A DNA stretch of 64,000 bases from Alphaproteobacteria bacterium (GTDB taxonomy: Bacteria > Pseudomonadota > Alphaproteobacteria > UBA828): the NCBI GenBank assembly GCA_965221125.1, contig CBDCRW010000006.1:512001-576000 (forward strand), written 5' to 3'. The notes below the pieces were generated by a model. That model was not told the origin of the DNA, searched no databases, and was given only the letters and a program-made list of their open reading frames with translations. The first letter of the stretch is position 1. The number at the start of each line of letters is the position of its first letter. This document shows positions 34,551-44,383 of this stretch, piece after piece. Position numbers and translations under genes: made by a program.

Positions 34551-36149
34551 ATGGCGGACCACGCCCACGCCCACGCAGCGCACGATCACATGCCGCGGGG
34601 CATCACGCGGTGGCTCTACTCCACCAACCACAAAGACATCGGCACGATGTACATCGCCTTCGCGGTGGTGTTCGGCATCGTGGGCGCGGTGCTCTCCATC
34701 TTCATGCGGATGGAGCTGGCCGAGCCGGGGATGCAGATCTTTGCCGATTCCCACACGTTCAACGTCTTCGTGACCGGCCACGGGCTGATCATGGTGTTCT
34801 TCATGATCATGCCGGCATTCATCGGCGGCTTCGGCAACTGGTTCGTGCCGTTGATGATCGGCGCGCCGGACATGGCGTTCCCGCGCATGAACAACATCAG
34901 CTTCTGGCTGCTGGTGCCCTCCGGCGCACTGCTCGTGACCTCGATGTTCGTGGACGGAGGGCCCGGGCCGGGCGTCGGTGCGGGCTGGACGGTCTATGCG
35001 CCGCTATCCACCTCGGGCCATGCGGGCCCGGCCATGGATCTCGGCATCTTCGCGCTGCATCTGGCGGGCGCGTCGTCGATCCTCGGCGCCATCAATTTCA
35101 TCACCACCATCCTCAACATGCGCGCGCCGGGCATGACGATGCACAAGCTGCCGCTCTTCGTCTGGTCGGTGCTGGTGACCGCCTTCCTGCTGCTGCTCTC
35201 GCTGCCGGTACTGGCGGGCGCCATCACGATGCTGCTGACGGACCGGAACTTCGGCACCGCCTTCTTCGACGCGGCCGGGGGCGGCGATCCGATCCTCTAC
35301 CAGCATCTCTTCTGGTTCTTCGGGCACCCGGAGGTCTACATCCTGATCCTGCCGGCCTTCGGCATCGTGAGCCACATCGTCTCCACCTTCTCCAACAAGC
35401 CGGTCTTCGGCTACCTCGGCATGGCCTACGCCATGGTCGCCATCGGCTTCATCGGCTTCGTCGTGTGGGCGCACCACATGTTCACGGTGGGGATGGACGT
35501 CGACACGCGCGCCTACTTCATTGGCGCGACGATGGTCATCGCGGTGCCGACGGGCATCAAGATATTCAGCTGGATCGCCACCATGTGGGGCGGCTCCATC
35601 GAGTTCAAGACGCCGATGCTCTGGGCCTTCGGCTTCATCTTCCTGTTCACCGTGGGCGGCGTGACCGGGGTCGTGCTCGCCAATGCGGGCCTCGATAGCG
35701 CGCTCCACGATACCTACTACGTCGTCGGGCACTTCCACTACGTGCTCTCGCTCGGCGCCGTGTTCATGGCCTTCGGAGCGTTCTACTACTGGATCGGCAA
35801 GATGTGCGGTCGCCAGTACCCGGAGACGCTGGGCAAGATCCACTTCTGGATCACCTTCATCGGCGTGAACCTGACCTTCTTCCCGATGCACTTCTCGGGC
35901 GTCTCGGGCATGCCGAGGCGCATCCCCGACTACCCGGACGCGTACGCCGGGTGGAACATGATCTCGTCCATCGGCGCCTACATCTCGACGGTCGGGCTGA
36001 TCCTCTTCATCTACATCCTCATTTACACGCTCTTCTGGGGTAAGAAGTGCCCTGCCAACCCCTGGGGCGAGGGTGCGCGCACGCTGGAGTGGTCGGTGCC
36101 GTCGCCGGCGCCCTTCCACACCCACGAGGAGCTCCCCCGGGTCCGCTAG
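34551..36149 (+). CDS. ctaD: Cytochrome c oxidase subunit I (A1 type)
   Basis: [34 protein letters not shown]. Confidence 0.98.
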   Translation: MADHAHAHAAHDHMPRGITRWLYSTNHKDIGTMYIAFAVVFGIVGAVLSIFMRMELAEPGMQIFADSHTFNVFVTGHGLIMVFFMIMPAFIGGFGNWFVPLMIGAPDMAFPRMNNISFWLLVPSGALLVTSMFVDGGPGPGVGAGWTVYAPLSTSGHAGPAMDLGIFALHLAGASSILGAINFITTILNMRAPGMTMHKLPLFVWSVLVTAFLLLLSLPVLAGAITMLLTDRNFGTAFFDAAGGGDPILYQHLFWFFGHPEVYILILPAFGIVSHIVSTFSNKPVFGYLGMAYAMVAIGFIGFVVWAHHMFTVGMDVDTRAYFIGATMVIAVPTGIKIFSWIATMWGGSIEFKTPMLWAFGFIFLFTVGGVTGVVLANAGLDSALHDTYYVVGHFHYVLSLGAVFMAFGAFYYWIGKMCGRQYPETLGKIHFWITFIGVNLTFFPMHFSGVSGMPRRIPDYPDAYAGWNMISSIGAYISTVGLILFIYILIYTLFWGKKCPANPWGEGARTLEWSVPSPAPFHTHEELPRVR

Positions 36150-36170
36150 GACGGAGCGGGGACTGGCGCC

Positions 36171-37088
36171 ATGAGTGAGCCGGCGGCGAGGATAGCGGGC
36201 GCGGACGTCGCGGCGCCGGTCGCGCTCGCCGACGCGTTCGCGCTGCTGAAGCCCAGGGTGATGTCGCTGGTGGTCTTCACCGGCGCCGTCGGCCTCGTCA
36301 TCGCGCCCGGCGCCATCCATCCGTTGATTGCGGCGGTGGCGGTGCTCTGCATCGCCGTCGGCGCCGGCGGCTCTGCGGCCATCAACATGTGGTACGACCG
36401 CGACATCGACGCCGTGATGACCCGCACGCGCGCGAGGCCGGTCCCCGCCGGGCGGGTAGAGCCAGGTGCCGCCCTCGGCCTCGGCATCGTTCTCTCCGCC
36501 GGATCGACCGCGATGATGGGGATCGCCGTCAACTGGGTCGCGGCCGGCCTGCTCGCGTTTACGATCTTCTTCTACGTCGTGATCTACACGATGTGGCTGA
36601 AGCGGCGCACGCCGCAGAACATCGTGATCGGCGGCGCCGCCGGCGCCTTCCCGCCGATGATCGGCTGGGCGGCGGTGACCGGCGGGGTCGACCTCACCTC
36701 GCTCGCGCTGTTCGGGATCATCTTCCTCTGGACGCCGCCGCACTTCTGGGCGCTGGCGCTGGTGCGCTCGGAGGACTACGAGGCCGCCAACGTGCCGATG
36801 CTGCCCGTGGTCGCGGGCGATCGCAGCACGCGGCGCTGGATCGTGATCTATTCGCTGCTGCTGCTCCCCGTGAGCCTCGCGCCTTGCGCGACCGGGGCTT
36901 CCGGCGCGATCTACGGCATCGGCGCGCTGGTGGCGGGCCTCGTGCTCGCGGCCGGCGCCTTCCGCGTCCTCGTGGACCACAGCCCGGCTGCGGCGAAGCG
37001 CCTCTTCGGCACCTCGATCGTCTACCTCTTCGCGCTCTTCGCGCTCCTCCTCGTCGACCGCGCGTGGCCGGTCCCGCTCCTGCCATGA
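36171..37088 (+). CDS. cyoE: Protoheme IX farnesyltransferase (heme O synthase)
   Basis: [46 protein letters not shown]. Confidence 0.96.
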   Translation: MSEPAARIAGADVAAPVALADAFALLKPRVMSLVVFTGAVGLVIAPGAIHPLIAAVAVLCIAVGAGGSAAINMWYDRDIDAVMTRTRARPVPAGRVEPGAALGLGIVLSAGSTAMMGIAVNWVAAGLLAFTIFFYVVIYTMWLKRRTPQNIVIGGAAGAFPPMIGWAAVTGGVDLTSLALFGIIFLWTPPHFWALALVRSEDYEAANVPMLPVVAGDRSTRRWIVIYSLLLLPVSLAPCATGASGAIYGIGALVAGLVLAAGAFRVLVDHSPAAAKRLFGTSIVYLFALFALLLVDRAWPVPLLP

Positions 37089-37219
37089 GGGACGAACTCG
37101 TGAAAGACCGAGAGACGGAGAAGCGGCGCAGGCTCCGCAACTTCGCGATCGGCGGCGCGCTGCTCGCGCTCGCGATCCTGTTCTACCTCATCACCATCGT
37201 CAGGATGGGGGGCGAGTAG
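37085..37219 (+). CDS. Small single-pass membrane protein of the alphaproteobacterial cox cluster (CoxF-like)
   Basis: [44 protein letters not shown]; ATGA overlap with cyoE; stop 1 bp before ctaG. Confidence 0.75.
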   Translation: MRDELVKDRETEKRRRLRNFAIGGALLALAILFYLITIVRMGGE

Positions 37220-37220
37220 G

Positions 37221-37877
37221 ATGACGGCCGAAGCCCCCCGCACACCCGCCAAGGCCGCCAGCCGGCGGCGCATGGCGACCGCGCTCGTCCTGGGCGGTGT
37301 CGTCTGCGGCATGGTGGGACTCGCCTTCGGCGCGGTGCCGCTCTACCAGCTCTTTTGCCAGGTCACGGGCTTCGGCGGCACCACACAGGTGGCGGAGGAA
37401 GCGCCTGCGGAAATCGGCGAGCGGGTGGTCACCATCCGCTTCAACGCGGATACCGCGCGCGACCTGCCGTGGCGCTTCAAGCCCGAGCAGCGCGAGATGA
37501 CGGTGCGCGTCGGCGAGATGGCGATGGCCTTCTACAACGCCGTGAACCAGTCGGACCGTTCGCTCGTCGGCAGCTCGACCTTCAACGTGACGCCGGTGAA
37601 GGCCGGCGCCTACTTCAACAAGATCGAGTGCTTCTGCTTCGAGGAGCAGACGCTGGCGCCGGGCGAGCGTGCCGAATTCCCGGTGTCCTTCTTCGTCGAT
37701 CCCGACATCGTCGAGGATCGCCGGCTCGACGACGTAAGCACCATCACCTTGTCCTACACGTTCTTCGCACGCGGAGAGGGCGTGACCGAAGCCGCGCTGG
37801 CGCCCGGCGCGGCCGGCGACGCGACCCCCGACGCGGCGGGCCCCAGACCAGGGAGCGAGTCTAGTTATGGCGGATAG
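37221..37877 (+). CDS. ctaG: Cytochrome c oxidase assembly protein CtaG/Cox11
   Basis: VPLYQLFCQVTGFGGT, YFNKIECFCF, ITLSYTF. Confidence 0.95.
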   Translation: MTAEAPRTPAKAASRRRMATALVLGGVVCGMVGLAFGAVPLYQLFCQVTGFGGTTQVAEEAPAEIGERVVTIRFNADTARDLPWRFKPEQREMTVRVGEMAMAFYNAVNQSDRSLVGSSTFNVTPVKAGAYFNKIECFCFEEQTLAPGERAEFPVSFFVDPDIVEDRRLDDVSTITLSYTFFARGEGVTEAALAPGAAGDATPDAAGPRPGSESSYGG

Positions 37878-38670
37878 CGCACACGGGACCGCGAACCACG
37901 AGTACCACATGGTGAAGCCGAGCCCGTGGCCGGTCATCGGCGCGCTGGGCGGCGGCGGGCTCGGGCTCGGCGGCGTGGTCATCTTCATGCACACCGGCCA
38001 GCTCTGGCTGATGACCATCGGCGGGATCGTGGTCATCCTCACCATGTACTTCTGGTGGCGCGACGTGATCCGCGAGGCGCTGGTCGAGAACGAGCACACG
38101 CAAGTCGTGCAGCGGGGATTGCGCTTCGGCATGGTGCTCTTCATCGCCTCCGAGGTGATGTTCTTCGCGGCCTTCTTCTGGGCGTTCTTCAACGCCTCGA
38201 TCATGCCGCCCGACGTGATCGCCAACACATGGCCGCCGCCGGGGGTCGAGACCATCCCGGCGTGGCGGCTGCCCTTCGTGAACACGCTGCTGCTGCTGAC
38301 CTCGGGCGCCACCGTGACCTGGGCGCACCACGCGCTCCGCCACGGCAACCAGCAACAGCTGGTCTACGGGCTCGCGCTCACCGTTGCGCTGGGCGTAGCC
38401 TTCATCGGCGTCCAGGGCTACGAGTACGCCCACGCGGCCTTCGGATTCCGCGATGGCATCTATCCCTCGACCTTCTTCATGGCGACGGGCTTCCACGGTT
38501 TCCACGTCACCGTCGGCGCCATTTTCCTCGCGGTCTGCCTCTACCGGGCGCTGAAGCGGCAGTTCAAGCCGGACCAGCACATCGGGCTCGAGGCCGCAGC
38601 GTGGTACTGGCACTTCGTCGACGTGGTGTGGCTGTTCCTGTTCATCTGGGTCTACTGGTGGGGCGGTTGA
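37867..38670 (+). CDS. ctaE: Cytochrome c oxidase subunit III
   Basis: PSPWP, FIASEVMFF, ATGFHGFHV, AWYWHFVDVVW. Confidence 0.97.
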   Translation: MADSAHGTANHEYHMVKPSPWPVIGALGGGGLGLGGVVIFMHTGQLWLMTIGGIVVILTMYFWWRDVIREALVENEHTQVVQRGLRFGMVLFIASEVMFFAAFFWAFFNASIMPPDVIANTWPPPGVETIPAWRLPFVNTLLLLTSGATVTWAHHALRHGNQQQLVYGLALTVALGVAFIGVQGYEYAHAAFGFRDGIYPSTFFMATGFHGFHVTVGAIFLAVCLYRALKRQFKPDQHIGLEAAAWYWHFVDVVWLFLFIWVYWWGG

Positions 38671-38680
38671 TCGGGACGGC

Positions 38681-39055
38681 ATGGCGGATGGGACCTACTA
38701 TCCGCCGGTCTCGGTCCTGAAGGCCGGCCTGCTCTTCCGCTGCCCGCGATGCGGACGCGGCAAGCTGTTCCGAGGCTACCTGCGGGTGGCCGAGCGCTGC
38801 GGCGCGTGCGCCTTCGAGCTCAAGCGGCATGACAGCGCCGACGGGCCTGCCGTCTTCGTCATGTTCATCGTCGGCGCCATCGTCGTGGCGCTTGCGTTCT
38901 GGCTGGAGTTCACCCATGCGCCGCCTTACTGGCTGCACGCGGTGCTCTGGCTGCCGGCGATCCTTGTCTTGAGCCTCATCCTGCTCAGGCCCGCCAAGGC
39001 GCTCCTGATCGCGCTTCAGTACAGGCACAGGGCGGCCGGCTTTGGCGAAGACTGA
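38681..39055 (+). CDS. DUF983 family membrane protein
   Basis: CPRCGRGKLF..CGAC, DGPAVF, PPYWLH, ALQY. Confidence 0.88.
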   Translation: MADGTYYPPVSVLKAGLLFRCPRCGRGKLFRGYLRVAERCGACAFELKRHDSADGPAVFVMFIVGAIVVALAFWLEFTHAPPYWLHAVLWLPAILVLSLILLRPAKALLIALQYRHRAAGFGED

Positions 39056-39800
39056 GGGCGCCCCGCGGCGGGTGAGCAACGCGCGCGCGCGGCGGCGGGC
39101 GACGTGGTTCGCGATCCCGGGCATCATCATCCTGCTCGCGCTGGGCTCCTGGCAGGTGCATCGCCTGATGTGGAAGACCGAGCTCAACGAGGAGCGCCGC
39201 GCCCAGTTCCAGGCGGAGGCGGTGATGCTGCCCGCCGAGGTCGGCGATCCCGCCTCCTTCGCCTACCGCCGGGTCTGGCTGGAGGGACGCTTCCGCCACG
39301 AGGCGGAGATGTTCCTCGCCGCCCGCACCTTCGACCGCCGGGTGGGCTACCAGATCATCACCCCGTTCGAGCGCACGGACGGCCCGGCGGTGCTGGTCAA
39401 CCGCGGCTGGGTGCCGCTCGAGAACAAGGCGCCGGAGACCCGCCTGGGCGGCCAGGTCCAGGGCACGTTCCGTCTCGAAGGCATCGTCGTGCCGGCCGGG
39501 CGGGCCGGGTGGTTCACGCCCGACAACGAGCCCGAGAACAACATCTGGTTCTGGACCGATACGGAAGCGCTCGCGGCGGAGGCGGGCATACCACCGCCCG
39601 CCTACCTGGTGGACGCCGGCCCCACGCCCAATCCCGGCGGCCTGCCGATCGGCGGCCAGACCAAGGTCGAGCTCCGCAGCGAGCACATGCAGTACATCGT
39701 GATCTGGTACGCGCTCGCCATCGGCCTTGCCGTGATCTACGTGATCTACATGCGCCGCAACCGGGGCCCGGATCAGAGCACGGACGAGAACGAGGCATGA
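39042..39800 (+). CDS. SURF1/Shy1 family protein
   Basis: LGSWQVHRLMWK, VLVNRGWVP, HMQYIVIWY. Confidence 0.93.
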   Translation: MAKTEGAPRRVSNARARRRATWFAIPGIIILLALGSWQVHRLMWKTELNEERRAQFQAEAVMLPAEVGDPASFAYRRVWLEGRFRHEAEMFLAARTFDRRVGYQIITPFERTDGPAVLVNRGWVPLENKAPETRLGGQVQGTFRLEGIVVPAGRAGWFTPDNEPENNIWFWTDTEALAAEAGIPPPAYLVDAGPTPNPGGLPIGGQTKVELRSEHMQYIVIWYALAIGLAVIYVIYMRRNRGPDQSTDENEA

Positions 39801-41278
39801 GCGCCTACGCCGCGCTGGAGGCCCGCTTCCGCCGCCTCGGCCTGCTCGGCGGCGCGGCCGCGATGCTGCATTGGGACTGGGCGACGATGATGCCGCCCGG
39901 CGGCGCCGAGCCGCGCGCGGCCCAACTGGCCGAGCTCGCGCTGATCCGCCACGAGACGCTGACCGATTCCAGGCTTTGCGACCTGCTGAACGAAGCCGAG
40001 GGTGCGATCGACACGCTCGACGAGTGGCAGCGGGCCAACCTCGCCCGCATGTGGCGCCGCTGGCGCGAGGCGGCGGCGCTGCCGGGCGATCTGGTGCAGG
40101 CGCTGAGCGAGGCCTCGTCCCGCTGCGAGATGGTGTGGCGCGAGGCCCGGCCGGCGAACGACTTTGCGGCCTTCGCGGAGACTTTCGCGCCGCTGCTCGC
40201 CCTCGTCCGCGAGAAGGCCGCGGCGCTGGGCGGGGCGCTGGATTGCGCGCCCTACGACGGGCTGATCGAATCCTACGAGCCAGGGCTGCGCTCCGCCACC
40301 ATCGACCCGCTCTTCGACGATCTCGCGGACTTCCTCCCCGCGTTCCTCGGCCGCGTTCGGGAGAAGCAGGCCGGCTCGGAGGCGCTGCCGCCGGTGGGGG
40401 CGCCGGTGGCGGCGCAGCAGGCCCTTGCCAGGCGCCTGATGACGGCGCTCGGATTCGACTTCGACCACGGGCGCCTCGATATCAGCCTCCACCCCTTCTG
40501 CGGCGGCAGTGCGGGCGACATCCGCATAACCACCCGCTACGACGAGGCGGACGCGCTTTCCGGCCTCATGGGCGTGCTGCACGAGACCGGCCACGCGCTC
40601 TATGAGGCAAGCCTGCCCGAGGCGTGGCGGTATCAGCCGGTGGGGCAGGCGGGCGGCATGGCGCTGCACGAGAGCCAGTCGCTGCTGATCGAGATGCAGG
40701 CCTGCCGCAGCCGGCCCTTCATGCGCTTTCTCGCGCCGCTGCTCGGCGAGCATCTGAACGGCGGGGATTCTGCCGATGCGGAGGCGCTCTACCGCCGCGC
40801 GATCCGGGTCGAGCCCTGCTACATCAGGGTGGACGCCGACGAGGTGACCTACCCCGCCCACGTCATGCTGCGCTACCGGCTGGAGCGCGCCCTGATCGCC
40901 GGCGATCTCGGCGTGGACGAGATTCCCGGCGCCTGGGCCGAGATTCACGAGGCCCTGCTCGGGCTGAGACCTGAGAACGATACCCTCGGATGCCTGCAGG
41001 ACATCCACTGGTCGGTGGGCGAGATCGGCTACTTCCCGAGCTACACCATCGGCGCGCTCATGGCGGCGCAGTTCTTCAACGCCGCCGCGCGGGACGAGCC
41101 GGACGTCTGGCCCGCCATCGAGCGGGGCGACTTCGGGCCTCTTCTCGGCTGGCTCAGGGCCAACGTGCACGGCCTCGGGTCCCGCTACCAGGGCCCGGTG
41201 CTGCTCGAACGTGCGACCGGTGCGCCGCTCGGCACCGCCGTTTTCAAGGCCCACCTGCAGCGGCGCTATCTGGGCTGA
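39797..41278 (+). CDS. M32 family carboxypeptidase (carboxypeptidase Taq-like)
   Basis: WDWATMMP, HPFC, RITTRY, HETGH, HESQS, IRVDADEVTY, GCLQDIHW, GYFPSY. Confidence 0.94.
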   Translation: MSAYAALEARFRRLGLLGGAAAMLHWDWATMMPPGGAEPRAAQLAELALIRHETLTDSRLCDLLNEAEGAIDTLDEWQRANLARMWRRWREAAALPGDLVQALSEASSRCEMVWREARPANDFAAFAETFAPLLALVREKAAALGGALDCAPYDGLIESYEPGLRSATIDPLFDDLADFLPAFLGRVREKQAGSEALPPVGAPVAAQQALARRLMTALGFDFDHGRLDISLHPFCGGSAGDIRITTRYDEADALSGLMGVLHETGHALYEASLPEAWRYQPVGQAGGMALHESQSLLIEMQACRSRPFMRFLAPLLGEHLNGGDSADAEALYRRAIRVEPCYIRVDADEVTYPAHVMLRYRLERALIAGDLGVDEIPGAWAEIHEALLGLRPENDTLGCLQDIHWSVGEIGYFPSYTIGALMAAQFFNAAARDEPDVWPAIERGDFGPLLGWLRANVHGLGSRYQGPVLLERATGAPLGTAVFKAHLQRRYLG

Positions 41279-41408
41279 ATCCGGCTTTGCCGTGGCGGCA
41301 GTGGCCGCTGCGTGTTGACGCTCGCCGTGCAGGCGTTCTACTGTCTTGGCGCGGGCATCGGGGAGATAACTTTTTGCAGCCCGCCACGCGACTAACAACG
41401 CCTTCATC

Positions 41409-41720
41409 ATGTCGGAACTGAAGAGGGCGAGCGACCGGCTCGAGCAGGCGATCGAGCGGCTCGACAAGGCGCTCGCAAATGGCCGCCAATCGGCTGAAGA
41501 CGCGCACACGCTGGCGCTGGCAAGCACCGTCGCCACCGTCGAACGCGAACGCGATTCGCTGCGCGTCGACGTCGATGCGCTCAAGCTCGAGCGGGCGCAG
41601 CTTGCTCAGGCGCTCGCCGATGCGAGGGAGCGCCAGGCCGCCGCGCGCCAGGCCAACGAGGCGGTCGCCGAACGCCTCGATGACGCGATCGGCTCGCTGC
41701 GCGTGATCCTGGGAGTCTAG
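41409..41720 (+). CDS. Coiled-coil protein upstream of zapA (DUF4164/ZapB-like)
   Basis: Heptad-rich sequence ending RLDDAIGSLRVILG; conserved position before zapA. Confidence 0.7.
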   Translation: MSELKRASDRLEQAIERLDKALANGRQSAEDAHTLALASTVATVERERDSLRVDVDALKLERAQLAQALADARERQAAARQANEAVAERLDDAIGSLRVILGV

Positions 41721-41728
41721 AAGGGGCC

Positions 41729-42082
41729 ATGGGCGAGGTCGCGGTCACCATCGGCGGGCGGCGCTATCCGGTCTCTTGCGACGACGGGCAGGAAGAGCAC
41801 GTCGCCAAGCTCGCGGCCTACGTCGACCGGCGCGCGCAAGAGCTTTCGGAGACGGTGGGCCGGGTCGGCGAGGTCCGGCTCCTGCTCATGGCCTGCCTCG
41901 TCATCGCCGACGAGCTGGCCGACGCCTACGACGAGCTCGACCGGCTGCAGTCGCACGCCAGGCTTGCCGAACGAAGAGCCCGCATCGATGCCGAAGCGGG
42001 GCTGGAGGGCCGGTTCGCGCCCATCGTCGACGCGCTGGCCGAACGCATCGAGAATATTGCCGGCACCCTAGAGAAAGACTAG
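41729..42082 (+). CDS. zapA: Cell division protein ZapA
   Basis: VTIGGRRYPVSCDDGQEEH..LA, RLLLMACLVIADEL. Confidence 0.92.
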   Translation: MGEVAVTIGGRRYPVSCDDGQEEHVAKLAAYVDRRAQELSETVGRVGEVRLLLMACLVIADELADAYDELDRLQSHARLAERRARIDAEAGLEGRFAPIVDALAERIENIAGTLEKD

Positions 42083-42091
42083 ATTTCTCCT

Positions 42092-42255
42092 TGGACGGTT
42101 ACTGCCGGATTTGTCGCGCCGACTGTTTCCCGCGGTCAATTTTCGCTTCTCGGGAGCTGTCCCTGCCGGGGCTGCGGTCTCGGCAACACGGCGCCCACCT
42201 GGTCACATCGGCCTGGAGGAAGCTCTGGGTGCGACGGTTCAGGCGGGGCCGTCCA
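42092..42255 (+). ncRNA. ssrS: 6S RNA
   Basis: Sits between zapA and ygfA; carries alphaproteobacterial 6S motifs GGGAGCTGTCCCTG and CACGGCGCCCACCT; closing stem TGGACGG...CCGTCCA. Ends approximate. Confidence 0.85.
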
Positions 42256-42278
42256 TTTCCGTCTCACGAGGGCCGACC

Positions 42279-42878
42279 GTGTCTCACAGCGCCGCCATCC
42301 ACGATCGCAAGCAGGCGCTGCGCGAGTATGCGCTTGCGCGGCGGCGCTCTGCGCGGCGGACGGCGGGGCCGGGGGCCGGAGTGCGGGCCGCCAACCATTA
42401 CCTGGCTGCGGTCCCGACGCCAGCGGGCGCGGTCGTCTCCGGCTACTGGGCGATCCGGGACGAGATCGACGCCATGCCGCTCCTCGCGCGGCTCGTGGGC
42501 GCGGGCTTCGTTTGCTGCCTGCCGGCGGTGGCGGGCAAGGGCCAGGCGCTCCAGTTTCGCGTCTGGACGCCGGGGGCCGAACTCTCGCGGGGGCCGTTCC
42601 GCATTCCCGAGCCGGCGGAGGACGCCGTACCGTGCCGGCCGACCCACCTTCTGGTGCCGCTGCTCGCCTACGACCGCGATGGCTACCGGCTCGGATACGG
42701 CGGCGGCTACTACGACCGCTCGCTCAGGGCGCTGCGCCAGTCGCGCCCCATCGTCGCGGTGGGCATGGCCTATACGGAGCAGCTCGTGCCGGAGCTGCCC
42801 CGTGCCGAGCACGACGAGCCGCTCGACTGGATCGTCACCGAGCGGGGCGCCATGCCGATGACCGCGCGCGCGGCCTGA
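42279..42878 (+). CDS. ygfA: 5-formyltetrahydrofolate cyclo-ligase
   Basis: K.ALR, GYWAIRDEID, VPLLAYDRDGYRLGYGGGYYDR, HDEPLDWIVTE. GTG at 42279. Confidence 0.93.
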   Translation: MSHSAAIHDRKQALREYALARRRSARRTAGPGAGVRAANHYLAAVPTPAGAVVSGYWAIRDEIDAMPLLARLVGAGFVCCLPAVAGKGQALQFRVWTPGAELSRGPFRIPEPAEDAVPCRPTHLLVPLLAYDRDGYRLGYGGGYYDRSLRALRQSRPIVAVGMAYTEQLVPELPRAEHDEPLDWIVTERGAMPMTARAA

Positions 42879-42904
42879 CCGCAAGCACCGGGCGAGGCTC
42901 GAAA

Positions 42905-43717
42905 ATGCGCATCCTCTTCTGCGGCGACGTCGTGGGCCGCCCCGGCCGCGATATCCTTGCCGAACGCCTGCCGCGCCTGCGCGAGGAGCTTGCCCTCGAT
43001 CTCGTGATCGTCAACGGCGAGAACGCCGCCGGCGGCTTCGGCATCACGCCGGAGATCTGCAAGGCCCTCTATCAGGTCGGCGCCGACGTGATCACGCTCG
43101 GCAATCACGCCTGGGATCAGCGCGGCACGGAGAGCTACATCGAGACCGACCGCCGGCTCGTCCGCGCCCGCAACTACCCGAGGGGCACGCCGGGAAGCGC
43201 CGGCGCGCTGCTCCACACGCAGGACGGCCGCACGGTCTTCGTCTTCCAGGTGCTGACCCAGCTCTTCATGGACCCTATCGGCGAGCCCTTCGCCTGTGTC
43301 GAGGAGACGCTGCAGGAGCACCGCCTCGGGCGGTCAGCGGACGCGATCGTGCTCGACATCCACGGCGAGGCGACGGCCGAGAAGCAGGCGCTGGCCTATC
43401 TCGCCGACGGCCGGGTCTCGCTGGCGGTGGGCACCCACACCCATGTGCCGACGGCCGACCAGCGCATCCTGCCCAAAGGGACGGCCTACATGTCGGACGT
43501 CGGCATGTGCGGCAGCTATGAGTCGATCATCGGCCTTGCGGTCGACGCGCCGCTCGCGCGCTTCACGCGGAAGCGCCCCGGCCCCCGAGCTGCGCCCGCT
43601 GGCGGCGAAGCGACCCTCTGCGCCGTCCTGGTCGAGACCGACGACGAGACTGGCCTCGCGCGCCACGTCGGCCTGCTCAGGCAGGGCGGCGTGCTCGAAG
43701 CCTGCTGGCCCGTGTGA
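42905..43717 (+). CDS. YmdB/TIGR00282 family metallophosphoesterase
   Basis: LFCGDVVGRPG, NGENAAGGFG, TLGNH, DIHGEATAEK, GTHTHVPTAD, DVGMCG. Confidence 0.93.
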   Translation: MRILFCGDVVGRPGRDILAERLPRLREELALDLVIVNGENAAGGFGITPEICKALYQVGADVITLGNHAWDQRGTESYIETDRRLVRARNYPRGTPGSAGALLHTQDGRTVFVFQVLTQLFMDPIGEPFACVEETLQEHRLGRSADAIVLDIHGEATAEKQALAYLADGRVSLAVGTHTHVPTADQRILPKGTAYMSDVGMCGSYESIIGLAVDAPLARFTRKRPGPRAAPAGGEATLCAVLVETDDETGLARHVGLLRQGGVLEACWPV

Positions 43718-43808
43718 CCACGCCGCCGGCCGCAGCCTGAGGACAAGCCGTGGCCGAGACGGCGGGCTCGTGTTTCAGCGGCAGGCTGCTCCGCGAACTT
43801 CCCTAGAA

Positions 43809-43823
43809 TACCAATATTTGGTA
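43809..43823. promoter_or_regulatory. Candidate ParD autoregulatory operator TACCAA-TAT-TTGGTA
   Basis: AT-rich palindrome 26 bp upstream of the parD start. Confidence 0.55.
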
Positions 43824-43848
43824 CACTGGGTGCGAAAGGAGCGTCCAC

Positions 43849-44085
43849 ATGTCACGCAATACATCGGTGTCGCTGGGGGAGCACTTTGTGGGTTTCATCG
43901 ATGAGCGCATCGCGTCGGGCCGCTACAACTCGGCCAGCGACGTGATCCGCGCCGGATTGCGGTTGCTGGAAGAGCACGAGTCCAGGGTAGAGGCCCTGCG
44001 CGACGCCTTGATCGAGGGCGAGCGATCCGGCCCCGCTACGCCATTCGATTTCGACGCGTTCATCGACCGCAAGAAGTCCACCTGA
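43849..44085 (+). CDS. parD: ParD family (RHH) antitoxin
   Basis: NTSVSLGEHF..FI..RIASGRYNSASDVIRAGLRLLE, ALIEGERSG. Confidence 0.93.
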   Translation: MSRNTSVSLGEHFVGFIDERIASGRYNSASDVIRAGLRLLEEHESRVEALRDALIEGERSGPATPFDFDAFIDRKKST

Positions 44086-44090
44086 GGGCT

Positions 44091-44381
44091 ATGCCCGGCT
44101 ATACGCTGTCGCCGGCAGCTCAGGGCGATCTGTCGGAGATTTGGGACTACACGGCGAAGCACTGGGGCGAAGCGCAGGCGGAGCGATATGCCCGCAGCAT
44201 TCAAGCGACGTGCGAAGGTCTGAGCGACGGCACTCTGGTCGGATTATCGGCCGAAGATATCCGGGCCGGATACCGGAAAATCGCCGCTGGCTCGCACGTC
44301 ATGTACTACCGCGAGCGAGAGGGTACCCTTGAGATCGTGCGCATCCTGCACCGGCGCATGGACGTTTCCCGGCACCTCTAG
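44091..44381 (+). CDS. parE: ParE family toxin
   Basis: LSPAAQGDLSEIWDYT..WGEAQAERY, IRAGYR, HVMYY, IVRILHRRMD. Confidence 0.93.
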   Translation: MPGYTLSPAAQGDLSEIWDYTAKHWGEAQAERYARSIQATCEGLSDGTLVGLSAEDIRAGYRKIAAGSHVMYYREREGTLEIVRILHRRMDVSRHL

Positions 44382-44383
44382 CC

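Noticed and set aside
42111-42278. N-terminal extension of YgfA suggested by the ORF track
   Set aside because: The region is occupied by 6S RNA; YgfA-like sequence starts at GTG 42279.
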